This document shows positions 1 to 12,000 of a stretch of DNA of 32,071 nucleotides, piece after piece. The notes below the pieces were generated by a model that searched no databases, had not been told where the DNA came from, and saw nothing but the letters and a program-made list of their open reading frames with translations. Within the stretch, counting starts at the first letter, position 1, and the number at the start of each line of letters is the position of its first letter. The position numbers and the translations under genes are program-made. This stretch comes from Thraustochytrium aureum (taxonomy: Eukaryota): contig BLSG01000037.1 of assembly GCA_012862495.1 (NCBI GenBank), forward strand, positions 1 to 32,071, in the 5' to 3' direction.

Positions 1-88
1 AGCAGGCCAAGCTCGCGGTTTCGATCCCAAGACGGCACATACTTAGCTTGCAGCCTCTAGTTGGGGCACTCCGCGCGACTGAGCCGCG

Positions 89-1404
89 TCACGATTCATC
101 GTTGCAACTGCGTTCGTTGTCTCCTTCTCGCCGTTGTCGTTTCTGCCCTTGGAGTAGGCTGGACTGCTGGGGTTCCGAAGGATGCATCGTTCGATCGCTA
201 ATGAGCCGTTTGTACGCAGAACGCATCGCTCCCCTTCGTTCCGTGTATTCAGTGTAATCGACGAGCGTTGTAGCGTTGCCACGGCGTCGCGGGACAAGGG
301 TGAGGCATGTCGCTCCCAGGCGCAAACCCGTTTGGATCTCCGAATGGAGGCTCTTAAATTCCTCTGGTGCGATTGCAGGGTTCGCAAGCGCTTGCGCAGA
401 TTCCAGCAGGTGATTTCCGATGTCCCTTCTCGCCTGCGCTTCGTGTTCGCTCTCTTGCGCTGCATACGTCAGGTCCATGAACATTTGCTTGGCCTGCTCG
501 AGGGTCCGTGTTGAAGTGGCGAGATTGTGCTCGTTGCGCTCTCTCTGTCTGGCCTCTTCAAGCCGCTGGTGACGCTCCCGTTCCTCAATGAGAAAGCAAA
601 CGGACTCGCTACCCGATAGTGGAACGGGAAGACCTTGAGAGACGCGGTCGCGGAGGACTCTCCGATTGACGCGTTGCCGCTGGCTTTTGGTCGTGGTTGT
701 TGCAAACTGCATGGCCTCGTCCCAGGTCTTGGCTGTGCTTGCGATTGAAGTGCTCCCACGAGCGACCGTGACCAGGGCGCAGCCGCGGCTGTGCCGCGGA
801 ATTCCGGCTTGAGACCTACCTTCCGCAGTCAAGATATTGTGCCCACGTCCTGTGGCATGGCCAACACGAACGCCTGTGATCGCCAAACGCAAAGACATTT
901 GCGCCCTCGCCGCCTCTGACAAAGTTGCGCTGTTGTCCCGTCCAGGACATCGCGACTGGCGCTCAACACGGGCGCCTGGGCGCTGCGCACCGAGTTCTGG
1001 GCGGAACGAGCTGATCGTCAGAGCCTCGACATGCTGGGCGCTCTTGAAAGTGTGTTCGAGCTCCCGCAGGGCAGCATCAGCGCGTTTCGCGAGTTGAAAC
1101 GCCGTTTGCCACTCGAGAGCTTTCTTCAAGTGCAGAGCCTGCCTGCTCGGCTTGTTTAAGTCGCCGGGTGGCAGGTCACCGATGCCATTGATGGGAGCGG
1201 CTGCCGCAGCCCTGGTCATAGTGGTGACGCGGTCAAGTCTTCGGAGCGAGTCAGTGACGAACGTGTCCAACTTGTCCACGTAGGAGCGCATCAGGGCGCT
1301 GCGACTATCGCTTCCGACGTTTTCCTTGTCCGGTGCTTCATGTGCCAATTCTTCCTCAGAGTCGTCGGCGTCAAAGACATCGTCAAACGCATCGTCACTC
1401 GCGC
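89..1404 (-). CDS. Probable C-terminal continuation of the MULE transposase, or a second element ORF; no recognised domain
   Basis: Open from the gap edge (ASDDAFDDVFDADDSEEELAHEAP...) to the stop at 89, ~438 codons, same strand and directly downstream of the transposase. It is out of frame with the transposase at the nominal gap length, but gap sizes are estimates. Confidence 0.55.
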
Positions 1405-1563
1405 NNNNNNNNNNNNNNNNNNNNNNNNNNNNNNNNNNNNNNNNNNNNNNNNNNNNNNNNNNNNNNNNNNNNNNNNNNNNNNNNNNNNNNNNNNNNNNNN
1501 NNNNNNNNNNNNNNNNNNNNNNNNNNNNNNNNNNNNNNNNNNNNNNNNNNNNNNNNNNNNNNN

Positions 1564-4500
1564 CTTAAAACACCCCGAGTACTCCATACGCTTGTAGGTG
1601 GCCCAACGGTGGCACTTCGGATCCTCGCTCGAGCTGCCGTAGTAGCTAAACAGCCGGTCGAGCCAAGAATTGTACGAGGCGCGCGCTGCCTTCCACTTTT
1701 CGTCGGTCGGCGCGAGATCCTTCAGCTCCGAGACAAGCGCATCGAAGCCAAGACCATCTATCGCGTGCAAGACTTGATCGAGCTTGGCCAAGACCTTGAC
1801 TTTGAAATTGGATCGATCAGCTGGGTCCGAGATCCCAGGCAAACAAATCTGAGCTGCGCGGTGCTTCCAAGCCTTCAGGACGTGCCAATGGCACCAAACC
1901 GACTTGATGGTCTTCCTAGTCTGGCTACCAAGCGCGAGCCGAAACCCTTCGACGAAAGAATCGCACATGTCCGATATGATGAACTCCGGGGGCCATGCCG
2001 AGTCTGTACGATTCCAACCCGGCTTTGCGATTAGCTTGCGCGTTTCGCGCTCGATGACCAGAGCGAAGCCCTTGATCACTTCCGACTTCTCGCAGTTGGT
2101 GATGAGGTGGGCGACGCTGTGCGAGATTCCATCCCCATCGAGCACGAACGCCGTAACGACCTTGAGGTTGTGAACGAGCGACACGCAGTGCGTAGAATCA
2201 ATCAGTATCGTTTGGCCGTGGTCTGCGCCAGCGGCGCGGCCGCAATCCGTCATCACGACTATAAAGACAAGCTCGGGAGCTAGCAAAGCTTGCACGCCTT
2301 CAGGTAGGCCGGCTTGGTGTTCGTCAGCGCGCAAGCTCTGGCCATGGCCCTCTGTGTTGAGTTTGAAAGCTGGGTAGAGCTCCCCGAGCAAGTTGCCCTT
2401 GCTGACCTCCACAGCGTCCTCCTCGCGCTTGGCAAGTATGGTGATCCGAACGCTCTCCCAATCATTTCGATGCTGTCGCAAACTGTGACCAAAGCGCAAC
2501 CGCATGGAGGCGACCAGGCGACGCGAGTAGTGCGGTGCTTTTGGGGCTTTGGGACTGAGGCCGTGGTGCTCGGCGTGAAGCATCTCTAAAACCTTTGCGG
2601 TTTCATGGCCTTGACCAAGGAGCTCCAAGACACGGCGGCGAACGCCAACTCGGGTATGCTGTAGTGACTCAGACTTGGCCACGTCGCAATGGCAGTGCCG
2701 TCGGAACGGGAATAACTGCAGCACGACACGCCCTGAGCTGAAAACGCGCGAGACAAACTCTGCCCCGCAAATCGCTTCGTAGTTGAGTTTTGGAGGTTTG
2801 CAAGAGCATGCGAGAACTGGCGCTGAGCCGTCCGCGGTGGTTGCACAGGTTGAGGCTTCTTCCTCACGCCGTCTCTGGTAGAGTCTGGGACTCAATTCGC
2901 CAGATTCTCGCCGTATTTGCTCTGCTGAATCGGGATGCAGAGCAGGTTCGTTGGTGGACGCGCACGGTTGGGCCTGCACCTGTGCAACGCAGCGTGTTTG
3001 TTCTCCACCTTCGCCGCTCGACAAAAGCACTGGTTCTTGGTCCGCGACCTCTGGGGTCTGCGGCGCCGCGCCGCGCGTCGTGGCTCGACGAATGCCTTGC
3101 CGTCGACAACGCTCCCGCTTGAGGTAGTTCGCGTACCCTGCGGGCGCCTCGAAAACGATGCCTAAAACTGAAAACACGTGCCCGACGAGAGCCTCCAAAA
3201 GGGCGAATGCAAAGAGCGTGTTCCTGCTCAAGGTGCGCTGAACTTGAAGGACGCGGGCGCCCACACTGGCATCGTCTGTCAGTGGCAGAGCGTCGTGAAT
3301 CTTGGCACGGCGTTCAGCCGCAGCAAGCACTTGGTTCGCTCCGTTCAGCGAACCCGCCGCGGCCAAAAACTCGGCCCTCTGCGATACCATTGTGTCTTCA
3401 ACAATAGGAACAGAGCAAGCGGAGGGCCCACAGAAGCTGCCAGCTTGCCAGCCCTCCCAGAAGTTACAAAGTGATGCAAAGATCTGTAACGCGCCGAGCT
3501 CGACCTTTCCCCAAAGGAAAATGAGCTTTGACCAGTCCGTCTCAGGAATCGCGTTGCTCGAGCGATCGTACTCAGCGGCGACGAACTCGCGCAGCCGAGA
3601 GTTCTTGAAGGCTGTCATGACGTAATCACGCGCTCTCATTTCCCTAAAAGCATCGAAATTCTTGTCCATGATTGACTTTCGCTTCCGCAGCTTGTTTGCA
3701 AGACACCGAAGCAACTCGACGTACTTCTGGATTGTCGCAAAGTCCGACATGGTTTGGCTACGACACTCCTTGCTCTTTGGCGCGAAGTGGCCTTGCACGC
3801 AACTGTAGTACCGCGTCGCCATGAGGCTGAGTGGCCGAACCTGAACCGACGCCCTCTCCTCGCCAACCGCGCCCTCAGGTGGAATATGGGGGTTGCCTGG
3901 GGTTTCCTCTCTTTCGGCGCCATGAGTGCCGGTGCCATGGCGATCGTCCGGTGCGGCGGAAGCAACCTCAGCTGTATCCTGGCTTACGGCAGCTTTCCCA
4001 CGCTCTGAATCCTCAGAGCTGCCCTGTCTCTCACCAATCGGCAGCGTAGTGAGGTGAGCCAGTGCCTTGAGCTGCGCTCGCGCCTCATCGACGACAGTCA
4101 GGAGCGTTTTCCGCTTTCTCGCGTTGAAATTCATCAGCTTCGGGTCTGGAAACCGGCCTTTCAGGGATTTCAGAGTGTTCAAGAGATCCTCTCCTAGGAC
4201 CACTTTGGGCGTGTTCTGGCCGACGCGGCCGCATTGCAGGGGGACGTCGTCCCAAAGGTCTCGTAGGACGATGTCATCGTCACAAATCACGCTGCACGAC
4301 TCCGGTGCTTCAGCCTGTGACGAAGCGTCCTTCGATGACACGACGGGCTCATTTTGAGCACTGTTGCTCGCAGGGACCGCTTGAACAGCAGAGTCTCTGC
4401 AAACAGCGAAAGCCAGGCGGACACGCTCCATGACTTGTTTCTCCAAGTCGAGGCTGGCTGCTTGGATCGTGGAAGGGGAAGGCGGAACTTCAGTGACGTT

Positions 4501-4753
4501 CCCAGGCTCATCTGTGGTTGTGCCGACCCCAAGATCCGCAGGAGACCACATGTGGACTTTCAGCAAGACAAGCTCGTCTAACTCGCATCTGAGTTGCTCC
4601 AGTTTGCGCTCAAGCAGCTGTGAGATGTCCTGCTGGCACGTCTGCATTGGTTCAAAGGCAGACTCGCCCATCACCTTCAAGACCTTTCCGCGCGTGATGC
4701 TCATTGTCCCGTCGAAGCCGAGTCTCTCCAAGCAAGCTTCTGCGGCGGCTTTC
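1564..4753 (-). mobile_element. Mutator/MULE-family DDE transposase ORF (central part, bounded by N-gaps on both sides)
   Basis: Open frame of ~1,060 aa. It has a WRKY/GCM1-like Zn motif (LACSC...ICGAEF...RRHCHC, ~2680-2815) and an HTH-like segment (VRRRVLELLGQGHETAKVLEML). First catalytic Asp in ILIDSTH (~2188-2208), then VVTAFVLDGDGISHSVAHLIT; second Asp in FIISDMCDSF (~1955-1983); MULE-diagnostic CxxH in WCHWHVLKAW (CHWH at 1882-1893); then RWATYKR. The catalytic Glu expected next falls in gap 1405-1563. Confidence 0.88.
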
Positions 4754-7700
4754 NNNNNNNNNNNNNNNNNNNNNNNNNNNNNNNNNNNNNNNNNNNNNNN
4801 NNNNNNNNNNNNNNNNNNNNNNNNNNNNNNNNNNNNNNNNNNNNNNNNNNNNNNNNNNNNNNNNNNNNNNNNNNNNNNNNNNNNNNNNNNNNNNNNNNNN
4901 NNNNNNNNNNNNNNNNNNNNNNNNNNNNNNNNNNNNNNNNNNNNNNNNNNNNNNNNNNNNNNNNNNNNNNNNNNNNNNNNNNNNNNNNNNNNNNNNNNNN
5001 NNNNNNNNNNNNNNNNNNNNNNNNNNNNNNNNNNNNNNNNNNNNNNNNNNNNNNNNNNNNNNNNNNNNNNNNNNNNNNNNNNNNNNNNNNNNNNNNNNNN
5101 NNNNNNNNNNNNNNNNNNNNNNNNNNNNNNNNNNNNNNNNNNNNNNNNNNNNNNNNNNNNNNNNNNNNNNNNNNNNNNNNNNNNNNNNNNNNNNNNAATG
5201 ATTGCCAACGATTCATTCGATCTGATGCTCTCCAGGTCTGGGTGTGGAGCTCCAGAGTCCCAGCAGAGAAAGGGAAGTGTGGCTGGCCGGTTGGACTGGC
5301 CCGTGGGCGAGAGGATCCAGAAATCAATTTGTCAATCTTTCAAGGGCGCCTGGGGCGCTGGCTCAAGGGGTGACACAAGTTGCGGCTGCTGGCGCCGTGG
5401 AAAAGAGATGCCACGTGCCGCAGTCCTGGAGGATCCGCGGCGTGTCCCTCCAGCTTGCTTGCCGTGAGAGTGGATCTCGCGTTGGCGTCATCCGTCGCGA
5501 CGCGGAGGATTCGCCACTTTTCGGCATGACGGGGGCGTACAGGATGCACTGTGCAAAGTTACACAACCGTTTCGGCATAGTTTTATTGCAATCTGTTAAG
5601 GTCAGGGTTTGCGCGGTGTTGCCGAGTTCGGCCGCGTGGTGAGCGTCGTTTCCTCCTGCATTTGTTGCGCTGGGCAAGGTGCGACAGGGACCTCGAGCGG
5701 TTCTTTCTTCGCTCTTGTTCAACCAATGCGCAGATCGCGACACGGCTAGCTAGCCGCAAGATGTCTTGCGCCAAGTGTGTTTTCTGTGCTCGCAAAGCAA
5801 ACACAGAAATAGCATTTCTGCGCGGCTTTCGGAACGCTGTCCGGATTCCCTTCCGAACGGGAAGGAACTGGACTTGGCGTCCGTGCGGCGGCGTAAGTGG
5901 CTTACGCGATGAGCGGAGCAAGAGCGGAGCGTTCGTTTTGTTGGGGTCGCACATAGGACATAGGATAGACATCCCAAGGCGTCAAATCGGACTTGAAGAC
6001 CCACCCAATCTCGACGAAAGCCCGCCTGTCGAGACGCCGCGCCCGGCCTGGAGGCCTGCTCATTGCACAGCAGAAGCCACGAGTACCGAGCCTCCGAACC
6101 GCTTCCGAACCGCGCGTCTGAGCCGCGTCCGAACCGAACGGAACCAATAAGAGCGCAGCAGAGGGGCGCGCGTTGGCGCAAAGGGAAGATGTTCAACTGT
6201 GACAGCGAGGAAAGCGCCAAGAAGAGTGCCGCTAGTGAGATGGCGGAGAGAATGGATGCTGTCTTCGCGCGCGACCCTGCAATTTGGCAAGTGTAGACTC
6301 CAGCTTCGATCGCAGACTGGCAGTGCTTTTGTCGAAGATCTCAGCAACATTGTGGATCACTTGCCAATGGCAGCCGAAAACCAGACATCGTCAGCGTCAG
6401 AAGGTTCAGGTCCAGAAATTCAGAAATTCAGGCGCTGGCCTTGCCGAAGGAAACGCCGCGCAACCCGGGCCTGAAAGCGACGTTGAACGCGCAGAGAACA
6501 ACCCCGCGCGGAATTGCGCAAAGCTTTCACACGCGAAGAGCTCGCGCAAGCCGTTGCATCGCTTGGGCGTGAAGAATTTGTGAAAGCCGCTGCATCGCAC
6601 GGTCTTCGGCTTGTTCCAGACGACAGCAGTCTGCCCGAGAAACCTGAATTCTGCTGACCCCAGCGAAACTCCTTCAATCAAAACAAAACGATGGCGCCAA
6701 GCTTACACTGACAAAGAAAAGCGAACCATCGCCATCGCATACCCGCAAGGAGATGCAAGAAACTCCAACGCGTCTTTGCGATGTGCCGGCCAAACCGAGG
6801 CCGCACGCTTCCAATCAAACGCGCCAATCGTCAACCGTCCGCTTGCAGTCGTCGCGCGCTCGAGTTGTTCTGCAGCTCGCGAGCATCTCCTGTTCGTTGC
6901 CCCGAGACCACGGTCGGCTATTCTTCTCATTTCACCGCTCCGCGTGGGCGTTGCAAGAGCGGGCCGCATCGAGCAAGCACGAGAATCGAGCGCTTGCTGG
7001 GCAGTGAGTAATCGACGAGGCGAGCGAGCAACAGAGACGAATTGATTTTGCTCGCGCTGCGCGGCGCGGGCGTCCGTGTCGTTCATCCGCGGCCGTCAGC
7101 CATGAAATCAGCACGCCGCCGCAGTTGATTTCAAGATGAAAATGAAATGAATTGATCAAAAGCGAGATCGGAAAGACAGCTATTCCCACTCCCACGGGGG
7201 CGCAACGAGCGCAACCCACTATCCCCGTGAGGGCCAACCGACGCAGGCCGTGTGGCCCCTCAGCCAGCCGCGCGAGGTGGCCGCGGCGCGAATGTCGCAT
7301 TCGAGTGGGCTCTGCCCCACAGCCGCGGCAAGGATAGCGCCGTGGATTCAGGTGGGGCTCGTGAGGAGGGCGGAGGCGGTCTCCTGTCACGCACGACAGA
7401 CGCACGAGACCTGCTTCGATAGTCAATCAGTCGATGCGGACAGCATGCATTGCAGGCAAGGCAGGGCAGCAGCAGACCCGAATCGATTTCGAGCGAGAAG
7501 AAAAGCGAAGGATCGNNNNNNNNNNNNNNNNNNNNNNNNNNNNNNNNNNNNNNNNNNNNNNNNNNNNNNNNNNNNNNNNNNNNNNNNNNNNNNNNNNNNN
7601 NNNNNNNNNNNNNNNNNNNNNNNNNNNNNNNNNNNNNNNNNNNNNNNNNNNNNNNNNNNNNNNNNNNNNNNNNNNNNNNNNNNNNNNNNNNNNNNNNNNN

Positions 7701-7794
7701 NNNNNNNNNNNNNNNNNNNNNNNNNNNNNNNNNNNNNNNNNNNNNNNNNNNNNNNNNNNNNNNNNNNNNNNNNNNNNNNNNNNNNNNNNNNNNC

Positions 7795-9013
7795 AACCAG
7801 TATGCCGTGTTTGGCAAGGTGGGCAGCAAGGGCGACGACGACGTCGTGATCGTGTCGGCGCTGCGCACGGCCATCGGGCGGGCGCGCAAGGGCGGGTTCA
7901 AGGACACCAAGCCCGACGACCTGCTCACCGCCGTCTTCCAGGGCGTGCTCGAGCAGACCAAGATCAACCCCGCCCTCATCGAGGACGTTGTCGTGGGCAA
8001 CGTCCAGACCGTCGGCGCCTACTCGATGCCCGCGCGCACGGCTATGTTTCGCGCCGGAATCCCCCGAGACCGCCGGCGTGCGCGCCGTCAACCGCCAGTG
8101 CTCGAGCGGCAGCCAGGCCGTCGCCGACATCGCCGCCGCCATCAAGGCCGGCATCATCGACATCGGCATCGGCGCCGGCGTGGAGAGCATGACCAACGGC
8201 GGCAACCCCGGCGACCCTTCCAGCCTCCCCCCGATGAACCTGAACGAGATCTTCAACAACCCGCTGGCCGCCGCCTCGCTCACCCCGATGGGCATGACCT
8301 CGGAGAACGTCGCCGAGAAGTTTGGCATCACCCGCGAGGAGCAGGATGCCATGGCCGTCAAGTCGCACGCCAAGGCGCTCGCCGCCCAAAAGGCAGGCAA
8401 GTTTGACAAGGAGATCGTCCCGGTCAAGACCGTCATCGAGGACGCCGACGGCAACGAGAAAGAGGTCGTCATCTCCAAGGACGAGGGCCCCCGCGAGGGC
8501 ACCACGGCCGAGGGCCTCGCCAAGCTCAAGCCGGCCTTCAAGAAGGGCGGCAGCACCACGGCTGGCAACGCCTCGCAGGTCTCGGACGGCGCGGCCGCCG
8601 TCTTGCTCATGCGCCGCTCCAAGGCCAAGGAGCTCGGCCTCAAGCCGATCGGCACCTTCCGCGGCGCCAAGGTGGTGGGCTGCGACCCGAACATCATGGG
8701 CATCGGGCCGGCCGTCGCCATCCCGGCGCTCCTCAAGGACACCGGCCTCGCCGTCAAGGACATTGACGTCTTCGAGATCAACGAGGCCTTTGCCAGCCAG
8801 GCCACCTACTGCGTCAAGACGCTCGGCGTGCCTGAGAACAAGCTCAACCCCAACGGCGGCGCCATCGCGCTCGGGCACCCGCTCGGCTGCACCGGGGCCC
8901 GCATGACCGCCACTCTGCTCAACGAGCTGGGCCGCCAGGGCGAGGGCAAGACCGGCATTGTCAGTATGTGCGTCGGTACCGGGATGGGCTTTGCCATGCT
9001 CCTCGAGAACTAA
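7795..9013 (+). CDS. ACAA1: 3-ketoacyl-CoA thiolase, peroxisomal type (ACAA1/POT1/KAT2-like); 5' end in gap; apparent +1 frameshift at 8061-8065
   Basis: DDVVIVSALRTAIGRARKGGFKDTKPDDLL N-terminal block typical of peroxisomal thiolases; catalytic Cys in NRQCSSG; MGMTSENVA; TAGNASQVSDGAAA; EINEAFASQ; GHPLG; SMCVGTGMG; stop TAA 9011-9013. Strong G/C third-position bias. The two halves join if one C is removed from the C5 run (AGIP|ETAGVRAVNRQC). Confidence 0.95.
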
Positions 9014-9015
9014 TT

Positions 9016-9021
9016 TTTATT
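9016..9021 (-). terminator. Candidate AATAAA polyadenylation signal for the giant cadherin gene
   Basis: TTTATT on + equals AATAAA on -, 35 nt after the cadherin stop, inside the AT-rich 43-bp gap between the convergent stops. Confidence 0.45.
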
Positions 9022-9056
9022 CTANCTTTTTTTGATTGATCAAGAACAGAAGTGAT

Positions 9057-12000
9057 TCAGAAGTCCAGGTTGCCGAACGCCACCTTGTCCAGGTTGACAA
9101 TGGTGGGGGCCCGCTTCGAAGAGGCCTTGTCGGCAACAGCGCCGGCGTCCTCTGGGTCGCCGTCCTCAATTGCAAGGAAGCCCTTGATGGTTTCCAACTT
9201 GCGCTTCTGCCGCGCCTTTTGCACCGCGGCGTCGTTCGTGAGCTTGTTGATCTCAGCGTCAATCTCCTCGGAGAGGTTCACGAAAAGGTTGGCCAGCTCC
9301 TTGATCCCCTTGGCCAGCTCTGCCTCCTTGCGGCTCAGCTCGCTCTGCTTGTTTTCGTCACCTGCCGCGTGGAGTCGCGCCTCGCGCACCTCGGCGCCAA
9401 GCCTCTCAACACGCTCTGCCCGGGCGCCAAAGTCGGCCGAGAGAATGTCGGATCGCTTTGGCCCTTGGTGCGCCTTGTTCTTCTCCTCCTCGGCCTTGCG
9501 CTTGCGCCACGCCGCCACGCCTTCCGCGAGCTCTTTGCTGGTGTCGTCGTCGAGGAAAAACTCGACATTGGCCTGCTCAATCTGCTTGAGCTCCTCCATC
9601 TGCTTCTGCTTGAGCGCCTGCTCCTCCAAGTCCAGCTTTTGGTCGAGCAGCTCCTGCTCGCGGCTCTTCTCGGCCAGGACGGCCTTCTTCTTCTCCTCGG
9701 CCTGTTTCTTCTTCTTGGCGAGCCGCTCGCGAAGTTTGCTGCGCTGCGAGAGCTTTTCTTCCTTGATTTTCGCCTCCAGCTGCTGCCGCTTCTCGATGCC
9801 CTCGGCCTTGATGCGCTCGAGCTCTGCGCTCACCTCGGCATTCGAGGCCCCCTCCGCCTCTTGCGCCGCCGCAGCCGCCGCAGCTGCTGCCGCGGCAGCG
9901 GCCGCGTCGGCCTCTGCACGCTTGCGAGCAGCTTCCTCGGCGGCTGCCTCGGCCACGGCGCGCGCCTTGGCCTCCGCTTCTTCCTTGCGCTTGCGCTCCT
10001 CCTCTTCCTCCCTCTTCTTGCGCTCGGCCGTCTCGCGCCGCTTCGCGAGCCGCCGGTCCAGGGCGGCCTTGCGGTCGTTCTTGGTCTCCTCCTGCTTGCG
10101 CTTGAGCTCGGCGCTGTGTGACTCAAACTCCTTGCGCAGTCGGTCAACCTCCTCGCGCGGGACAAGGCCTTTCTCGGCGTCCGCAGCGGCGATCTCCACC
10201 ACGCGCAGCTTCTCAGCAGCGAGCCGCTCCCGCGAAGCGTCGATCTCGCGCTGGCGCTCCTGCTCGCGCTCCTCCTCGGCCTTTCGGATGTTCGCGGCGC
10301 GCTCCTCGCGCCGCTTGTCGAGCTTGGCGCGGAGGGCCTCGCGCTCCTCGGCGCGCTCGCGTCTCGTCCGCGCCATCGAATCCTCGTAGCGCGCCTTGAT
10401 GGCGGCGATCTCATCGTCGCTCGCGTCCCGTCCCGCAGCGTTGGCGAGCTCCTCCTCGAGCTCGCGCTGCAGCGCGGCGAGGGCGTCGGCAGTCTCCGCG
10501 TCGAAGGCATCCTGCTCCTCCATGAGCTCGCGCTCGAAAGCAGACTCTGCACTCATCGAGGCCGCCACAGACTCGGTCACCGCCTTCTTGAGCGCATCGA
10601 TCTTGAGCGCTTGCTCCGCCAACAGCTTCTCCTCGAGCGCGCGCTCCTCTGCCTCTTGCTGCTCGGCCATCGCCATCAACTTGTCCTCCAGCTCGTGCAG
10701 GCGCTTCTCCGCCTCATCCGCGGGCGGGGCGCGCTCGCGGCGCCGATGGATGACGCCTGGGCCCTTGCGCAGCCGCCGCTCGTTTACGCGAGCCTTGATC
10801 TCCTCCTGCTGCTTGCGATGGGTCGCCGACACATCATCGCCCATGCGGTTCAGCTCCTCAAGCGCGGCGCTCACCTCTTGACCATGCTTGGCCTTGAGCA
10901 GCGCGAGCTGCGCCTCCTTCTCCGCTTCTGCGGCCGCCAGGAGAGCGGCCTGCTCGGCTTCGAATTGCTCTTGAGCCAGCGCTTCGGCGTCCTTGCGCTC
11001 GAGCTCCTGGGCTGCCGCCATCCGAATCTTGGACTGCTCCTCCTCTTCCCGTCTAATCCTGTCAATCTCGGCTGCCGCTGCGGCTGCGGCCTCCTCCGCC
11101 TCTCTGGCATGCTCGGCTGCGGCAAGCGCGGCGGCCTCTTCGGCTCGCCGGCCACCGCCAGAAGCTGGCGAGCCCGGGGCGCCACTGATCGCCGACTGCA
11201 GTTTGGCCTGCATTTCCTCCTCCAGAGTCCGCGCTTCCATCTCAATCTCTCTGGTCAACTCCTCCTCGAAAGCCTGTTCGGCCTCCTCGAGCGCGGCCAG
11301 CTCCTTGAGCTCGGCCTCGACAGATTCCATCTTGGCCCGAAACTCCTCCTCGAGGCGAGCTTGCTCTTCGCGACGCTTCTCCTCGCGCTCGGCCAGCTCT
11401 TGCTGGTGCCGCATCTTGCTCTTCAGGATGGCCTGCAGTCGCGCTTCCTCGGCGCGCACCAGGTCGTCGTTCTGCTTCCGGAGCGTCGCAAAGGGGTTGA
11501 CAGGCGAGATCCACTGCCCGCGCTGCGGGCCCAGCATGTCGCTGACCTTGTCCACGTTCGAGGCGCGCCCTCCCGTCCGCTTCCTGGCACTAGCGTCTTT
11601 GTCGTTTTCGACGGCGACCGCCGCACTGGGCGGCGGGGCCTTGACAAAGATGCGCTTGACTGCCATCACCAGCTTCTCGCGCACGACCGGGTAGAACTTG
11701 CGCTTGACGTCGATCATCACCGAAGACATGAACAGCAAGATCACCACAACGAACAGCGCGATCGTGAACGACGCCAGGAGGTTGATCTTGACGTCGTCGC
11801 TCTGCGCCGCGTACGTGTCAAACAAGAGCCCGAACAGCAAGATGTACATGAGCGTGGCGAGCGAGATCATCTCGAGCGTGTTGTAGTCAAACAGCCAACG
11901 CAGCATGTCGCTCTTCATCTCGGTCGCCGCATCCGAGTTGAGCTCGAACTTGTCTTGGTCATTCGTGTCTGTCACAAATCGCTGGAGCAAGCCCCAGCGC

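Noticed and set aside
1291..1404. Track-predicted C-terminus ARVTMRLTMSL... of the 1305-aa transposase ORF, and its MAII start at 5208
   Set aside because: Both depend on nominal gap lengths. The alternative frame after the gap stays open for ~438 codons and is more plausible.
7423..8878. Minus-strand ORFs of 460 and 278 aa over the thiolase
   Set aside because: Antisense shadows of a strongly G/C3-biased gene; one is inflated by an N-gap.
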